Shown: piece by piece, positions 1-11,775 of the stretch
Layout: the number at the start of each line of letters is the position of its first letter
How positions within the stretch are numbered: the stretch's first letter is position 1
Assembly: GCF_964204645.1 (NCBI RefSeq)
Contig: NC_134031.1
Location: 124,001 to 188,000 of the forward strand
DNA: 64,000 nucleotides
Reading direction: 5' to 3'
Source of the DNA: Tubulanus polymorphus
Taxonomy: Eukaryota; Animalia; Nemertea
Program-made: the position numbers and the translations under genes
Notes under the pieces: generated by a model
Databases searched by the model: none
Seen by the model: the letters and a program-made list of their open reading frames with translations, nothing else
What the model was told of the DNA's origin: nothing

Positions 1-114
1 TATTATTGAAATCTGCAGTTATTGACATATCTTACAATATACAACATAATCAATCAGTATGATATACATTACCTTATATTCATAATAATATCATTGGCAA
101 GCAATATTCAAACA

Positions 115-302
115 GATTCAGGGGATACCTGGATTCAAGGGATTCCTGCAATCAGGGATACCTGCAATCATGGATCCCTGGATTCCTGCAATCAGGGATA
201 CCCAGATTCGAGGAAACCTAGATTCAGGGATACCTGCGATCAGGGAAACCATGGATTCAGGAATACCTGGATTCAGGGTTACCTAGATTCAGGGATACCC
301 GG
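115..302 (+). repeat. Degenerate ~20-bp minisatellite (GGATTCAGGGATACCT-like)
   Basis: Repeated cagggatacc/ggattc motifs. Explains the spurious 22..333 ORF. Confidence 0.8.
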
Positions 303-666
303 TATTAGATTTCGTCTCCAAACTTGTGTTTAAAACAAGCCTTCTTTTGGTTGAATTTGAGGAAAAACTGGTGAAAACTAATTTTGTTATATTTACATCA
401 TTTATATTGAATAATTACATATCATCATTTATTGTAAACAATTATTTTGTTTATGAGAATTAAATATATATCTGTATATCTATATAAATCATTATTTATG
501 GGTTTTTATACATTCTGCAGACAGGATTTCGAGAGGAACAGCTACGTCAGGTCGACTTAGCCCCGATTTAGGTCTGTAATTTTTAATTCTATATTGAAAA
601 AAAATCTACGTTTATATCTAGGACAAAAAACTATTTGGCAAAATAGCCCCAACCTCAGGTCATTGC

Positions 667-803
667 TAACCCTAACCCTAGCATGTCCACAGCAGGATTT
701 GAACTAACCCTAACCCTAGCAAGCCCACAGCAGGATTTGAACCTGGGTCTCCAGCTTCGAAGTCGACTGTCCTAACCACTAGACCAACAGGACATGGTGA
801 TTG
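667..803 (-). mobile_element. tRNA-derived (SINE-like) element followed by (TTAGGG)2
   Basis: Minus strand has A box TGGTCTAGTGG and B box GGTTCAAATCC, then GCTAGGGTTAGGGTTAG. The cloverleaf stems are degenerate. A related copy lies at 37773-37862. Confidence 0.7.
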
Positions 804-1001
804 AAATAGTTCAGATGTTTGCTTTGAATAAGACCAGTGATCAATAAGGTAAGGTTAAGTTCAAAATTACACTCTGTACTACGATAATCTTTAATTGAAA
901 GGCTTTGCATTGTAGAAGACACCATTTTCTTGGGATAAATCAAGTTCAACAGTATGTCTCTACGCCTGCTCACTGGAGTTTTTCAAATTATCAACAATTA
1001 T

Positions 1002-1188
1002 GGGTGCGATTCAAGAATAGGGGACTATAGCAATATATATGTAGTGATAGTAATCAATTAAGTAATAATATTAGTAATTGATAATGATGATATATAATGA
1101 TAGTAATGTATATAGTAATTAATGATGATTAGGGAACTAAACCTAACCCTAACCCTAACCACTAGTCCCCTATTCTTGAATCTTACCC
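1002..1188. mobile_element. MITE with ~26-bp TIRs and 6-bp TSD
   Basis: TIRs GGGTGCGATTCAAGAATAGGGGACTA / TAGTCCCCTATTCTTGAATCTTACCC. AATTAT flanks both sides (996-1001, 1189-1194). Internal CCTAACCCTAACCCTAACC. Confidence 0.85.
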
Positions 1189-1814
1189 AATTATGGTATT
1201 TAGGCATGGAAACACTTAGTCAAACATTAAAATTATTGAGTCACTTTTATAGTTAACCCTGAGACTTTGAATCCTTCAATACACAGTGAAATAGATGAAA
1301 AACAAATGTTTTATAGTTTAGTGATCAGGGTTAACAGCTGCTGTATCAGGTATGTATCATCATATGTATGTATGCAGACATCCTTTCAAGTTGAAATACT
1401 AGAGACATTCAATTAACACGAAACTTTATATCAATAAAATATATTTCATGATGTTTAATTTAGCAAAAAACATTGATAAACTTTTATGACATAAACAGAT
1501 AAATCGTAACCGATAGTAACCGCAGATGACAAATTTATGTCGTCGTGGTAACAGTTTGTATAACGTCGTTAAACCGGTGTCCGTTGATCTCAAATCCTGA
1601 TTGGATAAGAACGCTACCATCTGATTGGATAATGTCTACAGGTTCTTCTATGACCATTAACTGTTCATGCTGTAAATAACGAAATACAGTTTTAAGTCAA
1701 TATTGGAATCAATCTTTGAAGTGTCAGTTTCTGACATCAGTCTAAATATTTTCTGTTGTGCATCTTTTATACAGCATAACTCGGACAAACTGACATCTAG
1801 TACCACTAGTTCGG

Positions 1815-4800
1815 CTACAAACTACACACCTGTTGATCCAGCTGCACCTGCACCTGTTGCTGACTGAATACATCTGGGGTAGCTGCGTGCGTTTCAACTG
1901 AAAGTATTCAAATCACACATTAGAATTTAAATATCGACTAGGTGAATGTGTGTAAACCCGGTTTAAATAAACGGTACCTGAATTTATCAGGTACGATTCA
2001 CAATTTGTCTTCAGGAATTTAGCAGCTGCCGCATCTGCGAGTTCGATTAAATCCTGAGAATCGATTTCGACAGTTTCCTCTTTATCATCGCTTACTACAC
2101 GCGTATCCATAGTAACAATCGGATTGTCTATAGTAACCACTGAATTCTCCATGGTAACGGTATTGATCGACTCGGCGTGTAGTAACATATGTTGAGTAAC
2201 GGTCGACCAATCAGTGAATGTTAAATTACACAGACTACACATATAGAATTGTAACGGAGAATTCTCTGTTTTAATATCCGACGACGACGGTAGAGCGACG
2301 GTAGCGCCACCTTTACAGACGTGTTTCCGTAGTGTAGTAGATGTAGTAAATACCTTACTGCACAGATTACACCCGTGAGGACTCATTCCGGTGTGAGTGA
2401 TTAAATGTGCCTGTAATTTATGCCTGAATTTAAACGCTTTGTTGCATTTATCGCAGGAGTAAGGTTTATCACCGGAGTGACTTAATCTATGTTTATTCAT
2501 AGAGCAACGAGCTGCGTAAAGTTTACCGCAGACGTCACACGCGAACGGTTTTAATCCCGAATGTACATTTTTATGATCCTTTAAAGCGGCCAAACGGAAA
2601 TAAGATTTCGGGCATTGATCGCATCGATATTTCTTCACTCGTTCAGATTGGTTTTTATGAGTATCGCTGTGCTCTTTTAAAGCTCCTCTCTCTTTAAATC
2701 CTCGGCCGCAGATTAAACAGATAAACGGTCTCTGATTGTTGTGTCTGAGTAGATGAGATTTTAAATATCTCGGTGCTTTGAATGTTTTTCCGCACTTGTT
2801 ACAGGAACAAACCCCGATATCTGTGTGGATATATTTTATATGAGCTTTCAATGAATCTTTGCTGCTGAATGAAGTTTCACAAACGCCGCATTCGATTCTT
2901 TCACGCTTTATTTTACTTTCGTCGTATTTACGAATCTGTTTAGGTCCTCTACACGTCGCTAGGTGGCGCTCGTAGTCGCTACGTTGAGAGTATGATTTCG
3001 TACACTTGTCGCAGTTGAATAGTTTTTGTTTATGATATCGTTGTATGTGTCTATAGTAACTATCCCGCGAGTATTTCTCTATGTTACAAACCGGACAACG
3101 TAAAACTAATCCTAACGCTTTAATCTCAGATCGAGATCTACGTTTAATTGGAACTCTCATTATCGATACCGATCTTACTTCCTCTTCTCTCTCATCTTCA
3201 TTATCATCATCCTCTCTCATTTCATCTTCATCAATGATTTCACATTTCACAGGTTTTTCTTCGCTTCCCAATAAATATTCATTCTCTAATTCTACGACTG
3301 TTTCCAGATCCTCAATCTCTGAAACGGTAGTTTCAACATCCCCTGGTTCAACGACAGTTTCCAGATCCTCAGATTCAGTAACAGCAATTTCAACATCCTC
3401 AAACTCCACAGCATCAGTTTCTTGATCCTCAGACTCAGTAGTAACGGGACTTTCAGGATCTGCGGGGTCCGTAACAGTTTCCAGATCCTCACACTCTGGA
3501 CCGGCGACAATAGTTTCTAGATCCTCATTGTCATCTGCTGTGGAGTGAATTTGAATATTTTCTAAACATTGATTAATAGAACGTCTTTGAGCAGATGATG
3601 CTGTAGTTTCCTGCGACACTCCAGTCTCCTGAGACACTGTAGTCTCCTGTGACACTCCAATCTCCTGCGACACTCCAGTCTCCTGTGACACTGTAGTCTC
3701 CTGTGACACGGCTGACTCCTGAGACACTCCAGTCTCCTGAGACACTCCAGTCTCCTGTGACACAGCAGACTCCTGAGACACTCCAATCTCCTGAGACACT
3801 CCAGTCTCCTGAGACACTCCAGTCTCCTGTGACACAGCAGACTCCTGAGACACTCCAGTCTCATGAGACACTCCAATCTCCTGTGACACCTGCATGTCTA
3901 ATTTAGAATCATTGTCCTCTTTCTGTTTTCTGTGTTTTGCTTTAACCTAGAAAATTGAGCAGAGTTTCAGCATTTTAACCAAACGTTCAAATATCTATTA
4001 ATCAAGAGATCAATTAAATACTGATGAATTCCTACCTGTTTCAGTAATAAATTAGCTTTTTGAATATGAATGAGTTTTCCCTGTATTATAAACTGTTTTC
4101 TTGTTTGTGCGATTTTCACGTTTAAATCTCCAAGAATTTGCTGTAATAATTCTACTGTAACCGGCCGATCGTCTTCTGTTAAATCAGCCAAAAATTCCGC
4201 CGTCAGAATCACATTCGATAAACCCTGGTAAAACAATGAATCATCTGAATTAAAAGAATCTATCACTTATTGAATCGACAATGAAACAGTTTGTTGATAT
4301 TTTACCTGTTTATTGCGAGGTATTTTCACTAGTTCTGATTCTGGATTCAGTAGACGTTTCTCCTTACAATGTACAATCTTTAAATGGTCGACTAGTTTAT
4401 TCTTTTTGATGCAGATAGTCGCACATAGAGGGCAGTGGTAGTGCGATTCAGGTTTACATTTCAGTCGACACATACAACTCAACGAATCTACAAAATTAAA
4501 ATCACAAACTTTAACTCGTTCTGTTTTAATCCAGTCTCCATGGCAACGCTCCGATAACTTACCGTTGAATTGAACGGAGTGTTTTGTGTGAACTGTGAAA
4601 TGTTTCTTCAAATTACACATGAAATCGACAGGTTTGAAAATATGTTCCGAACATAGAGGGCAGTGCAGTTTCTGACAGTTACACTCAACACTATCACATC
4701 TATTTATCTGTAACTGTTCTTTATTCTTCATCACTGATTTATGAGCTTTAAATATCTATCAAATAAATACAACACACAGATTAGATAAACTAATAAACAC

Positions 4801-5143
4801 AGTTTAATAATAACAGAGCTACCAGTTTATATATTACCACAGGAGTAGCTGCACTAGGAGTAGCTTCTATAGTGATGTATATTTCTTTGGTATTTGTAGA
4901 GTTTCCTAAAGTTAGTTTAGGGCTAATACCAGCAGTGGGTTCTCCTAGGGTTGAACCGGGCGCGGGATCTGTTGGTTGAGAATGTTTCGTCTCTTGGGGA
5001 CCAGTTGGTGATCGAGTTGCTATGGTAACGCGCTGCTGGGAACCAGTCCGACACAATGGGTGCACTGTTGACGGTGCTCGGGGACCAGTTTGCTGTTGTT
5101 TCATACCGGTTTCTTCCTCGTTTGAAGACGCCTCCATCTTCAT
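1815..5143 (-). CDS. Multi-exon C2H2 zinc-finger protein (about 10 fingers) with an N-terminal Cys/His-rich domain and an acidic repeat region
   Basis: ORF 1913-3895 has tandem CxxC-x12-HxxxH fingers with HSGLKPF/HSGDKPY linkers. GT-AG introns join ORFs 4790-5143, 4267-4734, 3967-4266 and 3947 onward. A last exon at ~1815-1897 ends ...QQVCSL*. The start codon is uncertain. Confidence 0.85.
3600..3892 (-). repeat. Coding 18-bp minisatellite encoding (VSQETG)n
   Basis: About 16 in-frame units in the large zinc-finger exon. Confidence 0.95.
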
Positions 5144-5172
5144 TAACCTGAAAAACCCTTAAAATAACCAGT

Positions 5173-5188
5173 AACGCCACCTAGTGGT
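5173..5188 (-). promoter_or_regulatory. CTCF-like motif
   Basis: ACCACTAGGTGGCGTT matches the CCASYAGRKGGCR core. Confidence 0.5.
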
Positions 5189-5379
5189 GTATTTCATCAC
5201 TATAATGAGGGTTTAGAACCTAAAATTGGATAAATCCATCAATTCTTATCTTAAATTCTATCAATCCTCGATTTGAATGATTATCTGAAAAGTATTTTAC
5301 CTTGTGATTTTACTGTGAACCCAGAAATATCGCTAGAATAACCAAATTCATTCAATATGTGAGGAATATTACTGATCCA

Positions 5380-5800
5380 TGGACGCCGCCATCTTGGATT
5401 TTATTTAATTAATATTTAGAAATCAATTCACGTTTCGCTGTGAAAAATATCGCATTGAAAATAAGCATCAAATACGTATAAATTAATCAGTAATTGTTTA
5501 ATTTGAAAACAATAAAGATAATTTGAATTGGTGATTAAAGTCCCCGCCCGTGTTTTTTTTTAAAGTCCATATCCGTGTTTTACTCAGGTAAATCTACAAT
5601 GAAAACTTTATCCTGCCCCGATGATCCATTCAAAAGAAACAAAATGAATAAACAGGACTAAAATTTCAGTATATTTAGAATCAAAATTATCTCTTGAGTA
5701 GTCTATTGTCTATCTTGGAGTTCTATCGCAAAATGTAGTTGGATAATTCGTAAAAGAATTTTAATTTTATATCCAATTACCGGAAGTGTTACTCCACACA
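5380..5800. promoter_or_regulatory. Bidirectional promoter between the ZNF gene and NOP2
   Basis: Divergent genes. YY1-like GCCGCCATCTTG at 5385 and ETS-like CCGGAAGTG at 5780. Confidence 0.55.
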
Positions 5801-6046
5801 TGTGGAAATTTAATTTTTGTTGTGAATAAAGTTATTTAAACCGTTAAAAAACTGTGAGGACTCTTTCAACAAGAAATAGTTTAATTTAAGGTACAAATAA
5901 CCGAAATCTGTCGATCACAAGATCTGTCACGTGAGCTGACAGGCTGTTGAAAAATAAATCATCTTCAATTCAATACTTTATTGACCACACGACTAATCCA
6001 TTTCATTTTCAGATTGTGATATTTATAGAGGCGGCAGGGTTAGGCG

Positions 6047-9000
6047 ATGGGTCGCAAACGTGATCCAACCTCGGAGAAGCCCAAAAGTGGCCCGGGTAAA
6101 AAAACTAAGAAACAGAAAGCGCCCGTTCTGCCGGAACATCTGAAAGAATCGGTAACAGATAAAACAAATTCCAGACGAGCGAAAAAAAGAAACTTGAAAA
6201 AGCAACAAAATCAAGTGAAGAAACCGATAACGCAACAATCAGAACCTGGTCAGTATTCCACCGGTCAGCTGACTACAGTACAGCCAATCATCACGCTATA
6301 CCCCTGAAGAGGGAGTGGCTTATTTAGTATGATTGACAGGTGTTGATGTATTTACAGATACAAGCGATGATGAAGTGATATCAGAAACTGAAGTGAAAGG
6401 TTTTACAGATGACAATAAATCATGGTTAAAACCTTCCTCCAAAAAACAACAGAAACAGCAGCTTCTGATTGAAGATGCAGATGAGAGCGATGAGGAAGAT
6501 TTAATGGTCAGTTTCCTCTAACACGGTTACCATGACAATAGTTTACATCTATAGATTGTATTGTATCATTGTTTGTTTCCTCTATTCAGCCCAATGATGA
6601 ATTTGATGTAGATGATGAGAGTGAAGATGCTGCTGAAGATCAGAGTGATAAGGAGGAGGGCGAAGATGAAAGTGATGCCGAGGAAGAAAGTGAAAATGAT
6701 GAGGAAAAGGTTTGTTTCATCTCAAAATTCTCAGTTGCTCAGAAATGAATGTATCCATTTGATATCTCAAAGATGAAGTGTGATCTCGGTATATCTCAAT
6801 AGTTATTAGATATCTCAATAGTTGTTAGATATCTCAATAGTTGTTAGATATCTCAATAGTTATTAGATATCTCAATAGTTGTTAGATATCTCAATAGTTG
6901 TTTGATATCTCAATAGTTGTTTGATATCTCAATAGTTGTTTGATATCTCAATAGTTGTTTGATATCTCAATAGTTGTTTGATATCTCAATAGTTGTTTGA
7001 TATCTCAATAGTTGTTTGATAACTCAATAGTTGTTTGATAGCTCAATAGTTGTATGATATCTCAATAGTTGTTTGATATCTCAATAGTTGTTAGATATCT
7101 CAATAGTTGTTAGATATCTCAATAGTTGTTAGATATCTCAATAGTTGTTTGATATCTCAATAGTTGTTTGATATCTCAATAGTTGTTTGATATCTCAATA
7201 GTTGTTTGATATCTCAATAGTTGTTTGATATCTCAATAGTTGTTTGATATCTCAATAGTTGTTTAATATCTCAATAGTTATTTGATATCTCAATAGTTGT
7301 TTGATATCTCAATAGTTGTTTAATATCTCAATAGTTGTTGCCAATTGAAAAAGCTTCTCGAAAACTGGAAAAACAAAAGAAAAAAGAAGTGAAAGAAGCA
7401 GAGAAAGAATTACAGACTAATATAGCTCAATCAGAGAAGTTTGTTTTACCGAGCGGACAGGAGATTGAGAAAGATGATATCCTTTTACTTTTATTTAACA
7501 AATCATCTCTTATATTTGAAAATACACGATTAGTTAGTTACCTTGACAACAGGTTTACCAGTGCAAGCTCCGGATTTGGCACTGATCCAACAAAGAATGA
7601 AAGATATTATCCAAGTTTTGGGTGATTTTAAAAACAGGCGTGAAAAAGGGAGGTTTGTATGACCACAGTGTAAAGCGCTACTGATCTGAGTTTATCATCA
7701 GATTGTTAAATTATTGATTGATGTTCTATTTATAGACCACGTAGTGAATATATAAAACAGTTACGTTCTGATCTCTGCACCTACTACAGTTATAACGAAT
7801 TCCTCATGGAAAAAATCATGGATCTCTTTCCTGCAGAGGTAAATATATAACTTTTACATAAACCACATTAGTTTCATCGAGCAGGTTGTGTTATTGTCTG
7901 TTCACATCAGTAATCAGCCAGTAATCAGTAACATGACCAGCGATTGATCTTTCATCGATAATTGAAGTCGTTGTAATTTGGTTGGTGTCTTTAGACAAAC
8001 TATCCATAATAATGTTAAACTTGACACAGATATTTGTTGTTTATTTTGTAGTTGATCGAGTTTTTGGAAGCGAATGAGGTCGAACGTCCTTTAACGATTA
8101 GAACGAATACTTTAAAAACGAGACGTCGAGATTTAGCTCAGGTAATTAACATCCGTCTGCTTACGAGGTCAAGGTCTCTTCTGAGATGTGTGATCGCGGC
8201 TATGGATATGCCTAAACCAACATTTTGCTTGCCAGGACTCCTGGAATTTTTCACTTTTCACCTGGAAAACTGCTGAAAACACGTGGAATTCCACTTGCCC
8301 TGAAGTGTACTGATCTCAATATTAACACCAGGTATAAATGATAATTTATTTCAGGCTTTGATTAATCGTGGAGTAAATTTAGATCCGATTGGAAAATGGA
8401 GTAAAGTAGGATTAGTAGTGTACGATTCACAAGTTCCGATTGGAGCCACCCCTGAGTATCTCGCTGGTCACTACATGTTACAGGGTGCCTCCAGTTTTCT
8501 GCCGGTAATGGCTCTCGCCGCTCAGGAGAATGAAAAAGTGTTAGATATGGCAGCGGCACCTGGTGGCAAAACTTCTTATATCGGTGAGTATTTTATCCCG
8601 AGTGGGAACAGGACAGAGGTATCAGATTGATTTTAATGATTTGTTTAATATGTTTATTTACAGCGGCTCTTATGAGAAACACTGGGTTTGTTTTTGCTAA
8701 TGACGCGAACACAACTCGAGCTAAAGCTGTTGTAGCTAATACTCATAGATTAGGAATTACTAATACTATAGTGTGTCACTACGATGGACGCAAATTCCCA
8801 AAGGTAATTTACGCACTTTCTCTGGGATCCAGTTCCACAGTTCTCAGTTACAGACTCTGAAGTTGAAATATTGGATAATGAACAATGAGTTAAACTAAGC
8901 CAAGAACTGTGTAACTGATCCTGAGTATTACGTATCTGATTCAAGGGTCAAATATTTGTTATTGAACTGATTTGAACTCTGTAACTGTGCTGATTGTTGT

Positions 9001-10482
9001 AAGCGGTAACTATAGAGTTTAACCTGGATTACAGATAATGACCGGGTTTGATCGCGTTTTACTGGACGCTCCGTGCAGTGGAACCGGTGTTATATCTAAA
9101 GATTCGGCAGTTAAAATGAATAAAGATGAGAAGGATATTCAGAGATGTGCTCATATACAGAGAGAACTGTTACTGGCTGCTATCGATTGTTGTGACGCTA
9201 AATCTAAATCAGGAGGATATATCGTCTATTCAACATGTTCAGTTCTAGTAAGTACCTCAATACTCGCTGTCCTCTCTCACCTCATACCTACCTCACTCTC
9301 CCCTCACCTCACTCCTCCCTTGCTCTCAACTCTCTCACTAACTCCCCTCACACCTCTCTCTCTCTCTCCCTCCCTTACCTCCCTCTCTCTCTCTCTCTCT
9401 CTCCTCTTTCTCCCTCTCCCTCACCCCTCACTCTCTCCCCCCTCACACTCTCCCCCCTCACACTCTCCCCACACTCCCCTCACCCCTCCTGGATGTTATA
9501 ATGAATGAATGTAATTATTTTCTAGGTTGAAGAGAATGAGTGTGTTGTTGATTATGCTTTAAAGAAACGTTTTGTGAAATTAGTGAAAACTGGTTTAGAT
9601 TTCGGTTCAGATGGATTCACCAGGTAATTACTCAACTACACGGGGCCCAAATCCCACCCAGGTCCCGCACCTCAATATCAGAACCAAGTTCAGGGCCCAG
9701 GGTTCCACAATTCAGGGCCCAGGTTCCACACTCAGGGGCAGTTCTAGAAAAATTTGAGGGTCCTTGGATAAAGCAGCTAGTTCTACCAGGGTTAGAAATC
9801 AATCTGATTAGATGCAATTTCTGATGAATTTCAAACGGTTTCAATTTTGATAAAAAAAAACTAAATGCAACTTTGATTGGAAAGATGCTCCCTAGATCTG
9901 GCCCCTGCTCACGTTGAGGATGTGCTGTGGAATTGAATGAGTTGTTTGTTTATTTATAGATTTAAAGAGCATCATTTCCACCCGAGTTTAAAAACAACTC
10001 GTCGATTTTATCCACACACTCACAACATGGACGGTTTCTTTGTGGCTAAACTGAAAAAATTCTCCAACAAAATTCCCGGACAAGGTAACAACAATCGTCG
10101 TTATAGTTATACGCTATTTATTCAATAATGTGAGAAATAGTTGTCATAGTAACTATTTGTTTTAGCAGATGATTCGAAGGCAGCGACGACAGACGTGCCG
10201 GTTGAGACCGACAACAATGAGCAATCGTCACCACAGCAACCAGATAAAACAACTACTTCACCCAAAAAGAAGAATAAAAATTTGACTAATGGAAAATCTA
10301 CGAAAAAAGACTCTGGAAATAATTCAGAAAAATCGGTCGATTCTAAAAATAAATCGGTTAAAGATTCTACGACTAGCGGCGCTAAATCTTCCCCTGGTGT
10401 TAAAAATAAAAAAGCCCTCAAACGTAAAATTAACGAAAAAACGACGAATGGAAAATCAGTGAAAAAAGTGAAAAAGAAATAA
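6047..10482 (+). CDS. NOP2: rRNA cytosine-C5 methyltransferase NOP2/NSUN1 (P120), about 13 coding exons
   Basis: N-terminus MGRK...GPGKK. Motifs [58 protein letters not shown] and [11 protein letters not shown]. Lys-rich tail. Confidence 0.97.
6791..7340 (+). repeat. 19-bp minisatellite ATATCTCAATAGTTGTT(T/A)G filling a NOP2 intron
   Basis: About 29 units. The last unit contains the true acceptor AG (7333-7334). Confidence 0.95.
7477..7558 (+). other. U12-type (minor spliceosome) AT-AC intron in NOP2
   Basis: 5' site ATATCCTTT, branch site TACCTTGAC about 12 nt upstream of the terminal AC. Removal restores the frame [16 protein letters not shown]. Confidence 0.92.
8822..8925. mobile_element. 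Short MITE-like element with GGATCCAGTTCCACAGTT ends
   Basis: CTGGGATCCAGTTCCACAGTTCT ... AGAACTGTGTAACTGATCCTGAG is an imperfect inverted pair. Confidence 0.6.
9733..9907. mobile_element. MITE-like element, CAGGGGC-end family
   Basis: CAGGGGCAGTTCTAG ... CTAGATCTGGCCCCTG. Confidence 0.55.
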
Positions 10483-10761
10483 GAACATGAAACCAACTGT
10501 GGAATAATGAATATTTGTTTAAAATCAGTGAAATAATGTTTGTTTGTGCATTTATGGAAATAAATGGAAAATAATTTTAAAATTTTTTTGTTTGTCTAAG
10601 GAAATATCTACAGAGGAAGAGGAACAATTGAGTATCAGTAATTACTGGGTTCGGAACACATCCATTCAGCATCAGGTGCACTTAAAATCAGTGTCAGTAA
10701 TTACCGGGTTCGAACCTGCCGAGGAAAGTAGAGACCGGCGACCAGTTTACAAATTTAGCGG

Positions 10762-11006
10762 TGAGTTTGGTGGCAGCACCCTACGGTCCCCTTGCGGAAA
10801 TTCTGTGAACTAATATAATTACGGCGGGCTTGTACGTACGTGATTGGCCGTCAACTCTTTTGAAAAAATCGTATTTCGCTTTTAGAAAATTAACATTGAT
10901 GTTAACATAACTGTTCAACAGTCGGTTGAATATCAACAGCCCGTAATATTACATTAGTTCACATAAATTCCGCTAGTCGACCGTACGGTGCTGCCACTAA
11001 TCTCAG
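10762..11006. mobile_element. MITE with ~60-bp imperfect TIRs (duplicate at ~13043-13287)
   Basis: GTGGCAGCACCCTACGGTC...GCGGAAATTCTGTGAACTAAT pairs with ATTAGTTCACATAAATTCCGC...GACCGTACGGTGCTGCCAC. Confidence 0.75.
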
Positions 11007-11189
11007 AACATCGTCAATAAATTCAAATATTTTTTATTGTACAATCAATACTAATTTATAAATTTATTTTATGACAAATAAACTTTTTTAGAAACACATT
11101 TAGTTTTTGATAGATCTTTATTCCAGATTCCGAAGCTATGACACCCATCTTCATCCTCCATTCAACATCTGGACCACTCTGAATTGGTG

Positions 11190-11775
11190 GGTTCGAACCC
11201 GGGACACCCCTGTACATCCTCTATTCAGCATCAGGACCACTCTGAACCAGTATCAGCAATTTATTACTGGGTTTGAAACCGGGACACCCCTGTACATCCT
11301 CTATTCAGCATCAGGACCACTCTGAATCAGTATCAGTAATTTATTACTGGGTCCGAAACCGGGACACCCCTGTACATCCTCTATTCAGCATCAGGACCAC
11401 TCTGAATCAGTATCAGTAATTTATTACTGGGTCCGAAACCGGGACACCCCTGTACATCCTCTATTCAGCATCAGGACCACTCTGAATCAGTATCAGTAAT
11501 TTATTACTGGGTTCGAAACCGGGACACCCCTGTACATCCTCTATTCAGCATCAGGACCAGGCTCTGAATCAGTATCAGTAATTTATTACTGGGTTCGAAA
11601 CCGGGACACCCCTGTACATCCTCTATTCAGCATCAGGACCAGGCTCTGAATCAGTATCAGTAATTTATTACTGGGTTCGAAACCGGGACACCCCTGTACA
11701 TCCTCTATTCAGCATCAAGACCACTCTGAACCAGTATCAGTAATCACTGGGTACGAACCCGCCCCCTGTACATCC
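11190..11775 (+). repeat. 80-82-bp minisatellite (about 7 units) with B-box-like GGTTCGAAACC
   Basis: GGGACACCCC recurs at 11201, 11281, 11361, 11441, 11521, ~11603 and ~11685. Confidence 0.95.

Noticed and set aside
667-720. Telomerase RNA template (CTAACCCTAAC)
   Set aside because: It is part of repeated 2.5-unit tracts found at several loci, and no pseudoknot or H/ACA context is evident.
723-793. Functional tRNA-Arg(TCG)
   Set aside because: Anticodon and acceptor stems do not pair properly, and a diverged sibling copy exists.
11190-11775. CRISPR-like periodicity
   Set aside because: Whole units are repeated with no unique spacers, there are no cas genes, and the context is eukaryotic.
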